64,000 bases of DNA from an uncultured delta proteobacterium (GTDB lineage: Bacteria > Desulfobacterota > Syntrophia > Syntrophales > UBA5619), in NCBI GenBank assembly GCA_963817385.1, contig CAWFOM010000005.1, positions 352,001 through 416,000 on the forward strand. Direction: 5' to 3'. Shown here piece by piece: positions 62,457-64,000 of the stretch. The position numbers and the translations under genes are program-made. How positions within the stretch are numbered: position 1 is the first letter of the stretch; every line of letters begins with the position of its first letter. The notes beneath the pieces are model-generated. The model searched no databases and had not been told where the DNA came from. It saw only the letters and a list, made by a program, of their open reading frames with translations.

Positions 62457-64000
62457 ATGGTTGAGTTTAGTTTAGATAAAGTTATAAAGAGCCCTTATAG
62501 TCTAATTGTATTTGCACTGGTAACCCTTTTCATGCTCTATGCTCCAAGGTATGATAATATATATCAAACAGTTGCATGGATTATTGTTATTGTTTCCGCC
62601 TTCCTTTGCCTTTATAAGGTGGGATTAACCAATAACCGTTTCTATTTGTTAATGCTTTTTTTTCTGTCATTCCTGATACTACTTTCATCTTCGTTTCACT
62701 ACTTAGCTTTATCTCAATTTGATTCAGCTTTTTTTATTAATGTTAATAAGGACATGGCTTCATGGGGTAAAAACACAGTTGTCAGCGGTGCATCAATTTA
62801 TCTCCTTCTTAATGGCAGTATAATTGCTGGTATGCTCTACTTAAGTAATATTGATAAGACATTGAAGGCAATGCTTATTATTCCATTTCTTTTTATCCCA
62901 TCTCTTCTTGTAGGATTATACCAGGGGTTATTTGATGTGGGCTTTATGAACAGACAACAGATATCTGGTAGCTCTCCAACATATATAATGGGGCTTAGCT
63001 ATGATCAGAGTTCATTTGGAATACTTTTATATCTTCTTTTCCCCTTATGTGTTCTTGGAATTATTAGTGTAAAAAAGGTGGCTATAAAGATTGCATATAT
63101 GCTGTTAATGCTATTACTCCTTGTCTGCCTTTTTATGAGAGGACAGAAAACAACCTTGGTCGGGATAATCATCTTTACAGGTCTGCTTCCCCTTGTAATG
63201 CTCTGGGTTCATGATTGGCGGTTAAAGTGGGTACATGTTAAGAAGTTGATTATAACTCTGGTGGTTTGTGCTCTGGTTTTAGCGGGGCTTATATTTTATT
63301 ACCAGAAAACCCCTAGTAAAATGTCCTTCCTTCTGACATCAGACAAGTGAGGTCCTATGGTTACTGGAAAGAGGGGGATGGATAAGCCGTCTTATCGCAG
63401 GCAGGAATATAATTTGGGAATATTGCATGGATTTTAACCGAGAAAGCCCCTGTGGCAGGATGGGGACCAGGAGGTTATTCCCGCAATTTCTACAACACTT
63501 TTTTCGAAATAAAGGAGCCGCCTCTAGACTTCCACAATGCAGCCAACTATTACCTTCAGGTTACATCTGAGCTTGGAGTAACGGGAGGTGTGCTGACCCT
63601 TTTATTGTATATTCTGCCTGTTGTGATGGTAGCAGGTGCGAGCGAGAAACTTTCTGTAAAACAGCGCTGGACTGCCGGAATTTTATCTTTATCGACCCTT
63701 GTTTTTTTACTCCTCTATCTGACAGGACCCCATATTTTTTCACCTGATGTTTTATGGGTTGTTGCTTTGTATCTGGCAGGTCTTCTCTCCGTTAGAGGTG
63801 AAATTAAAAGTACTAAGCGGAGCTTTAGATTATTTTATCCCATTGCTTTATTTGTCATCCTTTCTGTAACTGTTTTTTTCTGCATAGAAACCTATAAGAC
63901 AAGCTTTGGCTCAAAAGGCTATAAGGCTTTGGTTCAATCAGAGAAGTGGCCGCTTAAAAATGAATATGGTTACTATAATGAAGAAAACTGGAATGGGGCA
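62457..64000 (+). CDS. O-antigen ligase / oligosaccharyltransferase-like membrane protein (frameshifted at ~63345-63430; runs off the window end)
   Basis: Many TM helices; downstream frames read GRNIIW and PVAGWGPGGY...FHNAANYYLQVTSELG, a Wzy_C-type motif. Confidence 0.75.

Noticed and set aside
1..64000. tRNA, rRNA, integrase or transposase genes
   Set aside because: None were recognisable by eye; a covariance-model search would be needed to exclude small RNAs.

Overview
This window looks like a Desulfobacterota (Syntrophales-like) chromosome segment; the taxon is inferred from gene content only. It has four blocks. (1) 0.1-15 kb: a fatty-acid oxidation and electron-transfer block (etfB, etfA, a membrane Fe-S/CCG oxidoreductase, two acyl-CoA ligases, two thiolases), interrupted by an aldolase plus tripartite tricarboxylate transporter islet. 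(2) 15.9-22.3 kb: LPS-core-type glycosyltransferases. (3) 22.3-35.7 kb: an EPS-associated MarR regulator, then a secreted 7-blade YVTN beta-propeller/Ig protein with a C-terminal CFI-box sorting domain, lying 1 nt upstream of a near-complete type II secretion operon (E,F,G,H,I,J,K,L,M,C-like,D). (4) 35.8-64 kb: an MNT-HEPN fusion cassette and a large mosaic Wzx/Wzy polysaccharide locus (Wbp-like and Fnl sugar pathways, three methyltransferases, an orphan TPP-dependent E1 alpha/beta pair, aminotransferases, PglF, Wzz, O-antigen ligase-like gene). About 20 frameshifts break otherwise intact genes. Nearly all are +1, so they are probably long-read indel errors. Four real decayed gene relics and several REP-like palindromes were found by reading intergenic DNA. 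The best candidate for an undescribed system is the CFI-box protein with its apparently dedicated T2SS inside a glycan locus.
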